This document shows, piece by piece, positions 1 through 13,122 of a stretch of 64,000 bases of DNA. A program made the position numbers and the translations under genes. The notes beneath the pieces were generated by a model. It was given only the letters and a program-made list of their open reading frames with translations, made no database searches and was not told where the DNA came from. Every line of letters begins with the position of its first letter. Position 1 is the stretch's first letter. The DNA lies in contig NC_042997.1 in the NCBI RefSeq assembly GCF_006345805.1, forward strand, positions 120,776,001 to 120,840,000, in the 5' to 3' direction. Source of the stretch: Octopus sinensis. Taxonomy: Eukaryota.

Positions 1-459
1 ATCTTCTGTCTTAATGCACACAACCATACAAGTCGAAAGAATATACCTACGCAAATTATTTCGCAAATATCTACATCAGGTACACTGACACTAAATAGTC
101 AAATACATCAAGACAGTAATTGAGTTGGAACCTATATTAAGGTTGATGTAAACAGCAGAATATGAAATATTGTGGTGAACTTCTTCAAACAGAATGTAAG
201 TTAAATATAAAATATAAGAGACATTTTGTGCAGTGTTCTGTGGAGTCTACATTTTCTTTCCTCCTAAATATTTGAAGGAAACAGAAGTGTTCAAAGATTA
301 TGATTTCGGGGCATTAAGATGCGTTAACGGAAGGTGCACTAGAATGATAGTGACACATTGTGAGACAATGGGGTACATGGATATACAAGCATCAAGGGAC
401 GCCAACACATTAGATACCCACAGATATAAACCCAGCTTGGCATAAATTTGCATACATTC

Positions 460-502
<43 letters not shown>

Positions 503-504
503 CA

Positions 505-1035
505 TATGAGCAAAACGCCTCTCGTCCAATGGACGGTGCTGAGTTGTCAAATATGTAAACCAAATTTTCTCAAAACAACTTGTCCGACCCTGCCATAGGC
601 CTCCCCTTTGAGAAACACTGACTTAACCTCCTAAATTTGAGACACCAGCAAAAGAAGGAATAACGATAGACATTTTTTTCTATTCCAAAGAAAAACGATT
701 TTATTCCCATAAATATGCGACCGAAGAATTTAAAGTACCAGTAATGATAAGGATGTTGACTGGGAGAACACAAATATGGTTTAAACGGTAGATGCACTAC
801 GAAAGAAACGCGCCTTTAAGCAGTACAAATACAACAAAAAATGGAAGGTGCAGTTATGTACACGTTGACGGCAGAAAAGCGAAACAAAAGCAGCTTTATC
901 GATAGCATTCTCACCTGGAATCGATTTTTGTAATATTTTCAAAACGTATACACGCCTAGATACCGTCGGATGGAGAATGCCCGAGATCCTACAAGACACA
1001 CACACAGACAGACAGAACGGATTTTATATAATAGA
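505..1035 (-). mobile_element. Non-autonomous Helitron-like element, copy 1
   Basis: Minus strand starts A|TCTATTATATAAAA followed by a (TCTG)n/(TG)n tract. Subterminal hairpin CGTCCA-t-TGGACG near the 3' end, but the 3' end is not CTAG. Homologous to 55758-56334 in the opposite orientation. Confidence 0.5.
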
Positions 1036-1808
1036 TATAAACCAATATATATACACATATAAATACACACACATATATGCACACACATTTGCACGTGTTC
1101 ACCCCTCATCCACACAGTGCTTTATCTGTTCATATTTTGTCGGACCTGTTAATTACAAAAGATAACCCACCCTACAAAAATGTTGACTTGTAATTTTGAA
1201 ACACGATCTTCAAGTAAGGCAAGTACACAGTGTGAGACATTTTATGCGACGTTGCAAATCTCAGACCATTCAATCTCCAATATTGGAGTTCGATATTTCA
1301 AGTAATACGAAACAAAACTATGCGGGATGAAATCGATGTTTTGGAAGCAAATGTATTTTCCGGCTTCGATTCCACCTTAGTGTATTTGTATATCTTGTTA
1401 CACTTCACGTGAACAATATTGGAGGATGGTTCGATCGATATACTGTTTAGAACAGCAATACACGAAATAATACAGCTTCGATCAGAGGTATTCGATTATG
1501 TCATCATTGGTATAGATGTATACACGTATTTGATAAATACTGCTAACGAAAATCGATAGAAATTCGCAAGAGGTTCAAATCATTTTATTATATAATTCTA
1601 AGCTGATTCCCTTAAAACATGGCACTCAGCTCATTTGTATGCATTCTTTATTTTGAAGTATCCGGCAAATATGCAATTATCTAATTGAAGGGTTCCATGT
1701 TGTTAAATATTCACCTATAATTGCTTCAGTTTTATATATTTATATATGTCTGTGTGTGCGTATGTATGTATATATATGTATAATTATATAGATATATATT
1801 TAGATAGT

Positions 1809-1859
<51 letters not shown>

Positions 1860-1860
<1 letters not shown>

Positions 1861-2390
1861 CATATGAGCAAAACGCCTCTCGTCCAATGGACGGTGCTGA
1901 GTTGTCAAATATGTAAACCAAATTTTCTCAAAACAACTTGTCCGACCCTGCCATAGGCCTCCCCTTTGAGAAACACTGACTTAACCTCCTAAATTTGAGA
2001 CACCAGCAAAAGAAGGAATAACGATAGACATTTTTTTCTATTCCAAAGAAAAACGATTTTATTCCCATAAATATGCGACCGAAGAATTAAAGTACCAGTA
2101 ATGATAAGGATGTTGACTGGAGAACACAAACATGGTTTAAACGGTAGATGCACTACGAAAGAAACGCGCCTTTAAGCAGTACAAATACAACAAAAAATGG
2201 AAGGTGCAGTTATGTACACGTTGACGGCAGAAAAGCGAAACAAAAGCAGCTTTATCGATAGCATTCTCACCTGGAATCGATTTTTGTAATATTTTCAAAA
2301 CGTATACACCCTAGATACCGTCGGATGGAGAATGCCCGAGATCCTACAAGACACACACACAGACAGACAGAACGGATTTTATATAATAGA
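1860..2390 (-). mobile_element. Non-autonomous Helitron-like element, copy 2 (inside the tandem duplication)
   Basis: Near-identical to 505-1035. Confidence 0.5.
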
Positions 2391-3269
2391 TATAAACCAA
2401 TATATATACACATATAATACACACACATATATGCACACACATTTGCACGTGTTCACCCCTCATCCACACAGTGCTTTATCTGTTCATATTTTGGTCGGAC
2501 CTGTTAATTACAAAAGATAACCCACCCTACAAAAATGTTGACTTGTAATTTTGAAACACGATCTTCAAGTAAGGCAAGTACACAGTGTGAGACATTTTAT
2601 GCGACGTTGCAAATCCTCAGACCATTCAATCTCCAATATTGGAGTTCGATATTTCAAGTAATACGAAACAAAACTATGCGGGATGAAATCGATGTTTTGG
2701 AAGCAAATGTATTTTCCGGCTTCGATTCCACCTTAGTGTATTTGTATATCTTGTTACACTTCACGTGAACAATATTGGAGGATGGTTCGATCGATATACT
2801 GTTTAGAACAGCAATACACGAAATAATACAGCTTCGATCAGAGGTATTCGATTATGTCATCATTGGTATAGATGTATACACGTATTTGATAAATACTGCT
2901 AACGAAAATCGATAGAAATTCGCAAGAGGTTCAAATCATTTTATTATATAATTCTAAGCTGATTCCCTTAAAACATGGCACTCAGCTCATTTGTATGCAT
3001 TCTTTATTTTGAAGTATCCGGCAAATATGCAATTATCTAATTGAAGGGTTCCATGTTGTTAAATATTCACCTATAATTGCTTCAGTTTTATATATTTATA
3101 TATGTCTGTGTGTGCGTATGTATGTATATATATGTATAATTATATAGATATATATTTAGATAGTTACATATATATATATATATAATATATATATAGAGAG
3201 AGAGAGAGAGAGATGATAGATAGGAAGATAGATAGAAACACACACACACCCACACACACACACACACAC

Positions 3270-3367
<98 letters not shown>

Positions 3368-3426
3368 TAGAAATATTGAATTTCTAAATGTCGCAGAGAG
3401 ACATGAGAAGTGGTGGAGCGATAGAT

Positions 3427-3879
3427 TGGTTGTATACTGTCAACATAACTTGACAGTCCCGTAAAGGGAATTATCCCACCGCTATTTAGCCCTAGGAAGC
3501 ATCGACGCTTCCTGTCGCCTTTGACACATTTCCTGTGTCCTTATATTTGCGAAGGGGAGGCAAGCACCCCCACCAGCTATATTTGTGGAGGTGACCAGTG
3601 AATAGATTTCACTGTAAATATATATATTTGCGAAGCCTTGGCAGGCATCTCAACTAGTAGGACTGGGTACCCTGGACTGATGACAAGCAAAGACTCAGAA
3701 ACATCCATGTCTCTAGGTGCTAGGCCTAGCTGGTGGGGGTGCTTGCCTCCCCTCCGCAAATATAAGGACACGGGTAAAGTGACAAAGCCGACAGGAAGTG
3801 TCGATGCTTCCTGGGGCTAAATAGCGTTGAGGTAATTCCCTTTACAGGACTGTCGCGTTATGTTGACTGTATAGAACCA
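3427..3879. repeat. Fold-back element: ~153-bp inverted arms (3427-3579 / 3727-3879) with an HHR motif in the spacer
   Basis: Arms are reverse complements with scattered mismatches (e.g. ggggaggcaagcacccccaccagcta / tagctggtgggggtgcttgcctcccc). Flanked by microsatellites. Confidence 0.9.
3671..3717 (+). ncRNA. Type-I hammerhead ribozyme motif (stem II decayed)
   Basis: CCTGGA-CTGATGA-CAAG caaaga CTCA-GAAAC ATCCAT GTC-TCTAGG. Core and 6-bp stem I (one G.U) are intact. Stem II would be CGAG/CTCG before CpG decay. Confidence 0.65.
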
Positions 3880-4339
3880 CTCTCTCTCTCTCTATATATA
3901 TATATATGTAAATGTGTCTTTGAGTGTGCCTGCTTGTGTGTATGTATGTGTGTGAGTGTGTGTGTGCGCGACCTCATGTGTTTATGTTCAGTCTCAAATA
4001 AAAAAGATTTTACATTAACCTGATAGGTTTAGCTGTCGCCGGTGGTGATTTACTTTGAAGTCACTGTCAATGATATTCTTGTTGCAGAATAACCCCCCCC
4101 CCACACACACACACACACATGTATGTGAGGGAGAGAGTGACAGACAGATAAACAGAGCGTGTGTGTATGATTATATCAATCTATATAAATCGATATATAT
4201 AAAGAGAGAGAGAGAGAGATATACAGGTCTACAACAAACACAAATGTAGGAGAAAATTTACCAGCATTGACCCCTTCAAATAAATTATTGCAAAGCTCCT
4301 ATATTATCTCACAAAATATTTTTCCGGTATAATAAAAAT

Positions 4340-4495
4340 TCCTGGAACTTTGGGGAAAGTGTCTACCCCTATACTGATACTTATTTCATCGGCCCCAAAA
4401 TACTGAAAGAAAAATTGACGTCGTAAGAATTTGAACACAGAACCCAGCGACGGACGAGATACGGCTAAGGATTTTGTCCGGTAAGCTAGATTCAA
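4340..4495 (-). mobile_element. Degenerate tRNA-head SINE (Meta-domain-like family)
   Basis: Similar to the copies at 6805-7645 and 36339-36570 (gaatttgaac-cagaac...gacggacga-atac-gctaag). Confidence 0.55.
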
Positions 4496-4649
4496 ATTTA
4501 TGATAATGAATGCATACTAATGAGATGTGTCGCATTATTTCCAGAAATGAAAGCTATACAATAAAACAACCTCAGTATCTTCTGAGTGTGTGTGCACAAG
4601 CGCTCTACAATGAGTGCATTGTGTCTTATCGTAGAAACCGCATGGAATA

Positions 4650-4855
4650 ATTACTTATTCCTTTGTCATTCTAATTTATCAAATCCCTAGCCACTACACA
4701 TTCTTTATTTTCTCTCTTTGTTTCTTTCTGTGTTCTTTTCCGTGGAAGAGCGTAGGCTCGAAACGTTAAATACATTTTCACTTCACGAACGTTATACATA
4801 TATCTGCTCGTTGTCTACAGCATCTATCTTGGTTTTTGGTTTTTTGTGAATTCTC

Positions 4856-4860
<5 letters not shown>
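4650..4860 (+). mobile_element. Short HHR-like-motif element ending in (TA)n (family also at 60062-60200)
   Basis: 4737-4770 reads TTT-CCGTGGA-A-GAGC gtag GCTC-GAAAC GTT-AAA, with a non-canonical core. Related copy on the minus strand at ~60150-60185. Confidence 0.5.
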
Positions 4861-4946
<86 letters not shown>

Positions 4947-5406
4947 ATAAATATAATGAAGAAAACATAGGGTGATTATCCCCTTATACAGCACAACTAA
5001 TTAGCATTCTGGAATATAAAAAAAGAGAGAGAGAGAGAGGACAAATTTCAGAAACTAGTGTTCTTAATCTCCCAGTATATTTCACTGCATACATAGGTGC
5101 ACTCACACACACACACATATATATATATATTATATATATATATATATATTATATATATATATATGATATAATAGAAAAGTATATGAACCTATAAATATAT
5201 AAATCCGTATAAATCATAAATGTACTTGTATGAGATTTTATGAGGTTGTATATCCATATTAGAAATCAATGAGAATATTAAAAAGATGCACACGATGAAT
5301 GTAAAGCGGTAATCCAAATAGATGAAATGCTGGTATGATTATCAGAAGAATCTTCACAATGTGTGCGAGTATGCGCCCGTGTGTGCGTGTGTGCGTGTGT
5401 GGGTGT

Positions 5407-5447
<41 letters not shown>

Positions 5448-5944
5448 GTATAGTAATTCTCTTAACGGAATTACATCTCATACTAAATGTACGTGAAGGA
5501 CGTATTGCACATTTCGGATTATATAAATCAAAGCATCGATAGATAGGGAATAATTGATTGGATGTGAATCTATGGGACGGTCTTACTGCCAGAATATTCC
5601 TTCCATACCAAACTAGAGTAAAATACATTTGCAAACATAAAGCATCAGATCTTAATTCCACTAACTACCAAATCATGACACATAGCATCGAAATATGATT
5701 TTATTTTTCGGACTCTAATGCATCGTAATATATAATAATGCAAATCGTTTCTGAGAGCACAAAGCGTGCGACTATTAGATCACAGAAAATATTTTTCACA
5801 CACATGGGTAATAATATATTAGCAGTATAAACGCAGACTTGACTGTGTAAGCAAATGTGTGCATCGGTATGTTAGCCGTATGTGTGATTTCAGAACAATG
5901 GAAAAGTGACATGAACACGAGCTGAGGCTATGATAAAAAATAAA

Positions 5945-6290
5945 AATTACAATTTTGTGTGGCTATACAATTGAGAAAAGAAGAGCAAATATTATTAGAG
6001 AAGGCAACATAAGCATACAGTGAAAGATCATAGAAGTATTGGAATTCCCTGTGATACGAGAGTCGATACCAAAGAAATTTAAAAAGAATATTAAAAAATA
6101 AGGATGTAGCCAGTGAACTGAGGAAACTAACGAAATCGAAGAAACCAATAGTTTCTGTGATAATTGGTGCGCTTGATGCAACATCCAAAATGCTACCTAA
6201 GAGACTGATGGAGACTGGAGTTGAAACACGCAATATTGACCTGCAGAAAATCATAAACTTATATTCTGGAATAATGTTAAGGAAACATTA
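5945..6290 (+). mobile_element. R4/Dong-like (restriction-like endonuclease) LINE 3' relic
   Basis: Frameshifted translation KRRANII...IGIPCDTRVDTKEI...KDVASELRKL...VSVIIGALDATSKMLPKRL...LQKI resembles the RLE C-terminus (RPDI / D-IP-D-R / K-Y-DL--E / V-VIGALG). Confidence 0.65.
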
Positions 6291-6534
6291 TTTACGGTAT
6301 TTACATTTCATGGATATTGGTCCTCATCATGTTTGTTGTAGCACAATGTTTCAGCTTATATACCATCTAGCATTCATCAGGTGGGTTCTATTTTTCGATG
6401 TTGTTGTTGTTATTATTATTATTATTATTATCATTCTTTTTCTTCTTATTATTATTCATGTCACTGCCTGGAATTGAACACGGAATCTTGGAGTTAGTAG
6501 CCCGCGCTCTTAACCACTGCAACATATGCCCGTC

Positions 6535-6700
6535 GGCAATTATGGAGTGAATTGTATGGCTTATAAATCTAGACACCTGATTAATGCTGGAGGGTATATC
6601 AGCCAAAAAGTTGTGTTAACAACAAACAAGATGAGGACAAATATAAGTTAAATGTAAATAAAGTGTATAATGTTCTCTTAAATATAGAACTGTGTTCTAA
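6535..6700 (+). mobile_element. Short repeat with a decayed HHR motif (6573-6616)
   Basis: ACAC-CTGATTA-A-TGCTG gagggtatat CAGCC-AAAAA GTT-GTGT. Stems I and II are recognisable; the core carries substitutions. Confidence 0.45.
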
Positions 6701-6804
6701 AGGGATGTTATTGACATTGGAGGAGACTTGTTTTCACCAAACGTGAAGAGAAAACAACTCTTAACTAAATTATCTAAATTTACACTAAACTAGTGTAAAA
6801 GTGT

Positions 6805-7645
6805 TAATGGCTTCAAATTTTGGCACAACAATTTGGGGAATGTTTAAATCGATTAGAACGACTCCTGTTTACAAGTGGTACTTATTTTGTCGACCCATTC
6901 GAAAGGAATCAAAGGTAAAGCCGACCTCATCGGAATTTGGACTTAAAACTTAAAGGCAGACGAAATGCCGGTAAGCATTTTTCCCGTCGTGGCAACGATT
7001 CTACCAGCTCGCCGCCTTAACAACAACAACAGTAATAATGAATTAGAATTTTAACCCAAGGCCAGCAATTTCGGGGAAGCAGGTGTAATGATTACATCGA
7101 CCCCGTTGCTCTACTAGTATTTGGAAATGGATGATAGGCAAAGTTGTCCTCGGTGGATTTTGAACTCAAGACATAAAGACGGACGAAATGCTGCTAAGCA
7201 TTTTGCTCCACGTTCAAACGCTTCTACCAGCTCGCGGCCTTAGCAATAATAATTCCTTCTACCATAGGCACAATGTCGGAAATTTGAGGGGAGGGGACTT
7301 GTCAATTGCATCGACCTCCGCGCTTAACTCTTACTTATTTCATTGACCACGAAACGATGAAAGTCAAAGTTGACCTCGACGCAATTTGACGTCAGAACCC
7401 GCAGACGGATTATATGCCGCTAGGTTCGTTGCTTAAACAATTTTGCCACAAGGGCAGCGCTTTTGGGAGAGGGAATGTGTCAATTAAATGGACCCTTGTG
7501 TTTAACTGGTATTTATTCTATCGACCCCCAAAAGATGAAATGCAAATTTGACCACGGCGGAATTTGAACTTAGAATGTAGCGACGGGCGAAATACCGTTA
7601 AGTATTTCGTCCGCCGAGCTAACGATTCTGCAAGCTCGCGCCTTT
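6805..7645 (-). mobile_element. Four consecutive same-orientation SINE copies (Meta-domain-like central region)
   Basis: Four ~200-bp diverged units. On the minus strand each has an AAGGCGGCGAGCTGG-type head, a B-box-like GTTCAAAT and a CTTTCATCC-TTCGGGGTCGAT..AAGTACCAG-like core. Confidence 0.75.
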
Positions 7646-7649
7646 ATAT

Positions 7650-7862
<213 letters not shown>

Positions 7863-9179
7863 GAACAATATATTTTTAGAGACAAACGATTCCTCGGGAG
7901 AAAATGCGAACATTAATAAAGATTAGCACCTTCGAGCTGTAACAATGATATAATTGCATATGTAGAACATGAAATGAACAATCGTAGAAACAGCAGGTTT
8001 TTGGTTTCGAGAAAAAGAAATAAGAAGCAATCAACCGGTGGTTGCCGGTCGATATATCAATGAAAATACATTCACTTGTATTCACTCGAGTTGTAATCCT
8101 TGAATTAGCAGGAAACTAACAACTTGTTTGAATATCAAGGAAAAAAAAAATTCGTATTTACAATATTCTGAAAGTGAGATTGGAAGAATTCTTTTCCCAT
8201 CAACAACTCTTCGCCCCGAGCTATTGTAGATATTTGGAATAATACAGGATATTACCGAATTCCTAATCTATCTTAATACGTCATCCCTTCCAATGTCAGA
8301 TGACATTTTATCTCTAATCCTATAATACAGCAAAAGCGTATTGCCATTCCTTTTAAAACTTGTCACACCTTCAAGAAATAATAGTGCAAGAAATGCTGAA
8401 AGTAGCAAAATATAATACTTATTTATAAATATTTCTGTAAGGTAGAGACTCACAATTACGATCTTTCGAAAGACATTTGTGGACATATAAGTTATAATTT
8501 TAATTTAAAAACGATTTTACACCCAAATTACATGGATTTCCCTTCGATAAAATCTCTCAGACACAATTCTTAATAGAAGCGAAGACTGAATAATCTGCTA
8601 TTTGTATCACATATTGTATGCCTCAGTTCTGATAATGGTCACCGTAGAATGAACTGTAGAATTTGGTATTATAGCAAATTCACAATTTACTTAAAGAAAA
8701 GATAAAACGAAATACCCATTGCGACGGCTAGCAGAACCCTAAAGAAAATGTATTTAACACTACTTGGAGTTGGGTTCGACATAGTTGTATATCCTCTGGT
8801 GCTGCGCACAATAATGACAGGCGTCAACAAAAACAGAGCAGATTACAACAAATATTTAAGTAACCGATACTATATTATACCAACAAGGCACAGACCCATG
8901 TACAACTCCAAAAACCATAGATGTAATACCATAAGAATTTTTCCACTTTACGTCAAACAAGGAACTAACTGAAAACTCTGGCTCACTTAATAACATTTTT
9001 AGCAACACTAACGTTCTTCACAAACTATCCTCATCCTGCAGAGAGACAGGGAGCTGAGCACAATGAAGATGTAGTCTAAAAGGCCAGGTTTGAGTGGGCT
9101 ATAATGGATTACTGACTAGAAATATGGAATTGTAATGAAACAGTAAAATTTTTCTTAATATTAAGATCAGAAAAATGTC

Positions 9180-9360
9180 ATAATCTCGTACAAAAGTGTA
9201 ATATCGAAAACATTAACAAGAGAAAAGATAATGCATATAGCGTTTAAAAATTATTTAGAACCGGTGGTAAAAATATGCAAAGAAATATCATCAAGGTTTC
9301 AGGAAAATATTGCTTCTCCTTGTGATAAATATGATGACAAAAACAAGGGGAAGGGCCTGC
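9180..9360 (-). pseudogene. Kinase-like relic, catalytic-loop-region fragment
   Basis: Translates IYHKEKQYFPETLMIF...(stop)...LHFCT, with the same spacing as YHAELGFKPKRFLVF...QFCT in the 54-kb relic. Confidence 0.3.
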
Positions 9361-10137
9361 TTTTTGTTTAAGATTTTAGTATTCCATTCTTTAGAACATT
9401 TTTCATCGAATGATACACAGAATCGAGGTCATATATGCTATGTACACCAAGGAAAATGAGCGAAAACATTTAAATCTTGACATACTAAGGGGGTAAAGTA
9501 TTTTACTGCACTAGCAATGTGTTTAAGTCACCTGTATTTCTATGTTGTAACACAGACACAGCACAGCTCTGATTAACTGTACATAGTTGGAGGGATTTCT
9601 ATATTTAACATCTCAGTTTGGCTTCAGGCATAGAAATCAAAGATGAGAATATGAAATATTCATTGCAAGGCTCATCCTTAAACTAGAAATTTATTACTTA
9701 AATTGGCAGGGATTTAGATAATGTAGCATGCCACACGGTCAAGAGGTGGTTGTCTTACTGGATGCTTGTACCGATAGATTTATCCGTAAAGGTGTGCTTG
9801 TTTATAATATATAACAGTCTCTTTACAATTATTTCTTTTCTGATATCTTCAGATGCACATTGGGTAAATGTCTATAACTAGAGTCTAATATGAACCAAAG
9901 AATGAGTTATATCTGAAAAACAAAAAAAGAAGCTGGAATTTCCGCTCGAGTTCTTTAATCTCTCACTTCAAAAATCTAAGAAAAAGCCACCCTTTCCACA
10001 CATACATGTGCATGTATATAATATATATTCATGCGTGTGTGCCTACAAATGGATATAAAATAACAGAGACAGATCAAAAAGACGGCTAGATTTATTAAAC
10101 ATTCAGATAAACATATAGCGAGCTAGCTATCTATTTT

Positions 10138-10178
<41 letters not shown>

Positions 10179-10307
10179 TTCAGCAAAATTTAGATTCAAA
10201 TGAATATGGTACTTAAGTCAGAGGCACCAGAATTTTGTATGATATTATCCATATAAATCCATGGGGCAATAATAATCAAAATAAGCAAAAAATATATCTT
10301 CGGTAAT

Positions 10308-10393
10308 TTGGTACCATCGTTTCATGCTACTTCATTTTATTACACATTGTAAGTTTTACATCAGTTTTAAAATGTTGACCAATCTTCAGCCAA
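10308..10393 (-). ncRNA. Type-I hammerhead motif with a long stem II
   Basis: TTGG-CTGAAGA-(~66 nt incl. CATTTTA/TAAAATG)-GAAAC GATG GTA-CCAA. The base of stem II pairs imperfectly. Confidence 0.55.
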
Positions 10394-10608
10394 TTATAGA
10401 AGTCTTCCCTCAAACAAAACAATACATATATTTATTTCAATTTTTTTTTGCCCACATTATAAAGAGGGTTGATTAAAATTTTGATACTATCATGTTCTTA
10501 ACAATCAAATCAACCTATCTGTCTGTATATCTACCCTCTTTGCAATGTTGGCAAAAGAAAATGGAAATAAGTATATCTATTTTCCGGTTGATGGAAGACT
10601 TCTATAAA

Positions 10609-10692
10609 TGGCTGAAGATTGTTTAACATTTTAAAACAGATGTAATCCTTACAAGATTTAATAAAATGAAGTAGCATGAAACAATCGTACCA
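10609..10692 (+). ncRNA. Type-I hammerhead motif with a long stem II
   Basis: TGG-CTGAAGA-...-GAAAC AATC GTA-CCA. With the left copy it implies an ancestral palindromic stem III, ACGATCGT. Confidence 0.55.
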
Positions 10693-10726
10693 AATTACCG
10701 AAGATATACTTGTTGCTTATTTTGAT

Positions 10727-10759
<33 letters not shown>

Positions 10760-10889
10760 ATGTATTTGTGTGCATGTGTGTGTGTGTGTTTGTGTGCATA
10801 GATAAATAGATAAATACATATATTCATACATATATATGTGTGTGTGTGTAGAACTTAACATATTGTTTATTGTGGGTGTAGATATATAC

Positions 10890-11130
10890 AAATTGATTGA
10901 AGACACGCATTTGATACGTGTTCTGAAAGAAGATTGATAATTTCTCAGAAGCTACTTACTACCAATCTTGCATTGTCATCATCCACCGACGTAATAATAC
11001 TGATTGTCTGCTTTCTTTATATAACTTGGCGATTTTAAATATTGCGTCAGACACCGCTTTATTTGGCCGAATGCCCCGGATTTCTTAAATGGAATACTGC
11101 AACTCATTAGTGTTAAATCATTGGAAGTCT
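10890..11130 (-). pseudogene. Kinase-like relic, N-lobe fragment
   Basis: Translates PFKKSGAFGQIKRC...YIKK (Gly-loop/beta3-like), then after a frameshift SSF*EIINLLSEH (alphaC-like; TGA may be a decayed CGA). Confidence 0.35.
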
Positions 11131-12979
11131 TCTGTAAGTAATAACTGATTCTATTTTCCGGTTTAATAGACTCAAATTACATAGAGTTATAATTTCTTCT
11201 GCATTTGTACAAGCAGAATATTCAATGTGATTTCCAGTTGAAGACATAGTTTTCTTATATAACAAAATGTTACATCCAAATTTACAACAACACGCGCACG
11301 TTGGTGGTAAAATCTTGCTCTTCTTCTGGTATCCAAGACTTTATCGTTTCGAAAAAGAACTGATGACAAGGAAAACCACAAAGGTTAACAGAGCACAGAA
11401 ATAATTTAATTGGGAGTAAAGGTTATGTTCAATTCACTTGTTTAGAGTTCATACAAATCTTATTCATGTACTTCAACGTCACACCGTAATCGGATATATT
11501 TCCTACATCATAGGACTTCAATAAGATATCCCTAAGTAAATTTAGTAATAACCAAGATTAACATTGGAAGGTCACATAATTAGGCTATGAGAAAAAAGGC
11601 CATTCTAAAACAGTATACAAATGTACACCACCAGAAGGACAAAGAAGAGGATAAAGCCGAAAAGCGCATTTATGATTAACATTCATGATGGGGATGAGAG
11701 AGGTGAATTTCATGTGGCCGGATGGATTTACCTGATAGCGGCATATGTGCGCGAGATTACAGGAGGGCCTGATACTCGTATCTGTCGTTGATTATCTCAG
11801 AAATATCACCAGCGTATTTATTTCAACAATGTAGCCTTTTGTCAGTTTCAGCTGACAAGAAACAATCTCCGTGATAAAGGCGTATGAGAGCGTATGAGAG
11901 CGTATCTTAACCCCCACACTGCGAAGGTTAAAACATTGTACACTTCTGGTTTAACTTCAAGGAAGAAACAGCGCTTCTGTTGAATGAAAATGATAAGATT
12001 ATAGCCAACGCATAGTATTATGATTTTAACTAACCAAAAAAAAAAAATGTTTTGTATCAATCTTAATGGTTTGGCGTAACGCTGGAAATAAAAAGAAAAC
12101 CATCACTGTTATTTTCACCAGTAGTTAATTACACAATATACATCAGCTACAGCTAAGGGAACTGTATCTTCTAAAGTAATCAGCTTTGAGAAACAAACTT
12201 AATTGCGATTTATACTGTTTGGGCACTACATTGTATTATGAAATATACTGAATTGATACGAGACGAAATAAAGTAAGATTTCTCACAGAAAACAAGTTAA
12301 TTATGATATCAGTACATTTGAATAATACTCAATGGTGTATCATTATAACATTAATTGTTAACTCTTGCGGCTAGCATGATCAATTAAAGAAGTTTTCTTT
12401 GATATCGACGTTCATAGAATTACATTCATAAATTTTGATTCAACTCTATTCTCTATCAATTTACGCTGAGACACTTTATTTAATTGTCGAAATTATAGAT
12501 AGGAAATTAATCTACAAATAGGTTCATTTAAAATTATCTGCGTAAGTTCTACAAAAATTCCCAAAGTAAACATTATATAACGGGTAAAGTATTTCATGAT
12601 GTAATCGACTCGAAATCACATCAAATCATACATTTTCATACAGAAACTATTTATATAGTAACATTCAACATGATCTCAAGAGTCGATATACGTAGGTATA
12701 TAACTCTATTCTGAGAGGAAGTAATTACTTCGAAGTGAATACTTTGGATATAGGTCACTACACTTAGACATAAACGTCGATAAGTGCGTTCATTCTCTGT
12801 TAGGTTCCTGATACCGTATTCAGTACCATGCAATGTTGATCGTTGCATATTTCTTTATTTTTTTGTTGCATGACAAGCAGTAAAGACGCATAGATTTTCA
12901 TTTTCGAGGCAGACGCGCATATATATATATATATATACAAAAATTATATATATATATATTATATATATATATAATATAT

Positions 12980-13063
<84 letters not shown>

Positions 13064-13072
13064 GCATATATA

Positions 13073-13122
<50 letters not shown>

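Larger units (their letters stand above)
495..3190. repeat. Tandem duplication, two ~1355-bp copies (~495-1847 and ~1850-3190) bounded by (TA)n
   Basis: Same text recurs at offset 1355 (catatgagcaaaacgcc at ~503 and ~1861; agat element end at 1035 and 2390). Differences are mostly 1-bp indels. Confidence 0.95.
10272..10730. mobile_element. Tail-out fold-back element, ~200-bp arms (10272-10470 / 10533-10730), each arm with an HHR motif, between (TA)n tracts
   Basis: The arms are diverged reverse complements (e.g. cttcggtaatttggtaccatcgtttcatgctacttcatttt vs aaaatgaagtagcatgaaacaatcgtaccaaattaccgaag). Confidence 0.85.

Noticed and set aside
11051-11383. Plus-strand two-exon model (11051-11133, 11238-11383; good GT/AG, phase-compatible; HRFIWPNAPDFL..FEDIVFLYNK..)
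   Set aside because: No recognisable protein family, no further exons found, and it lies antisense to the kinase-like N-lobe reading. Unresolved without RNA-seq.
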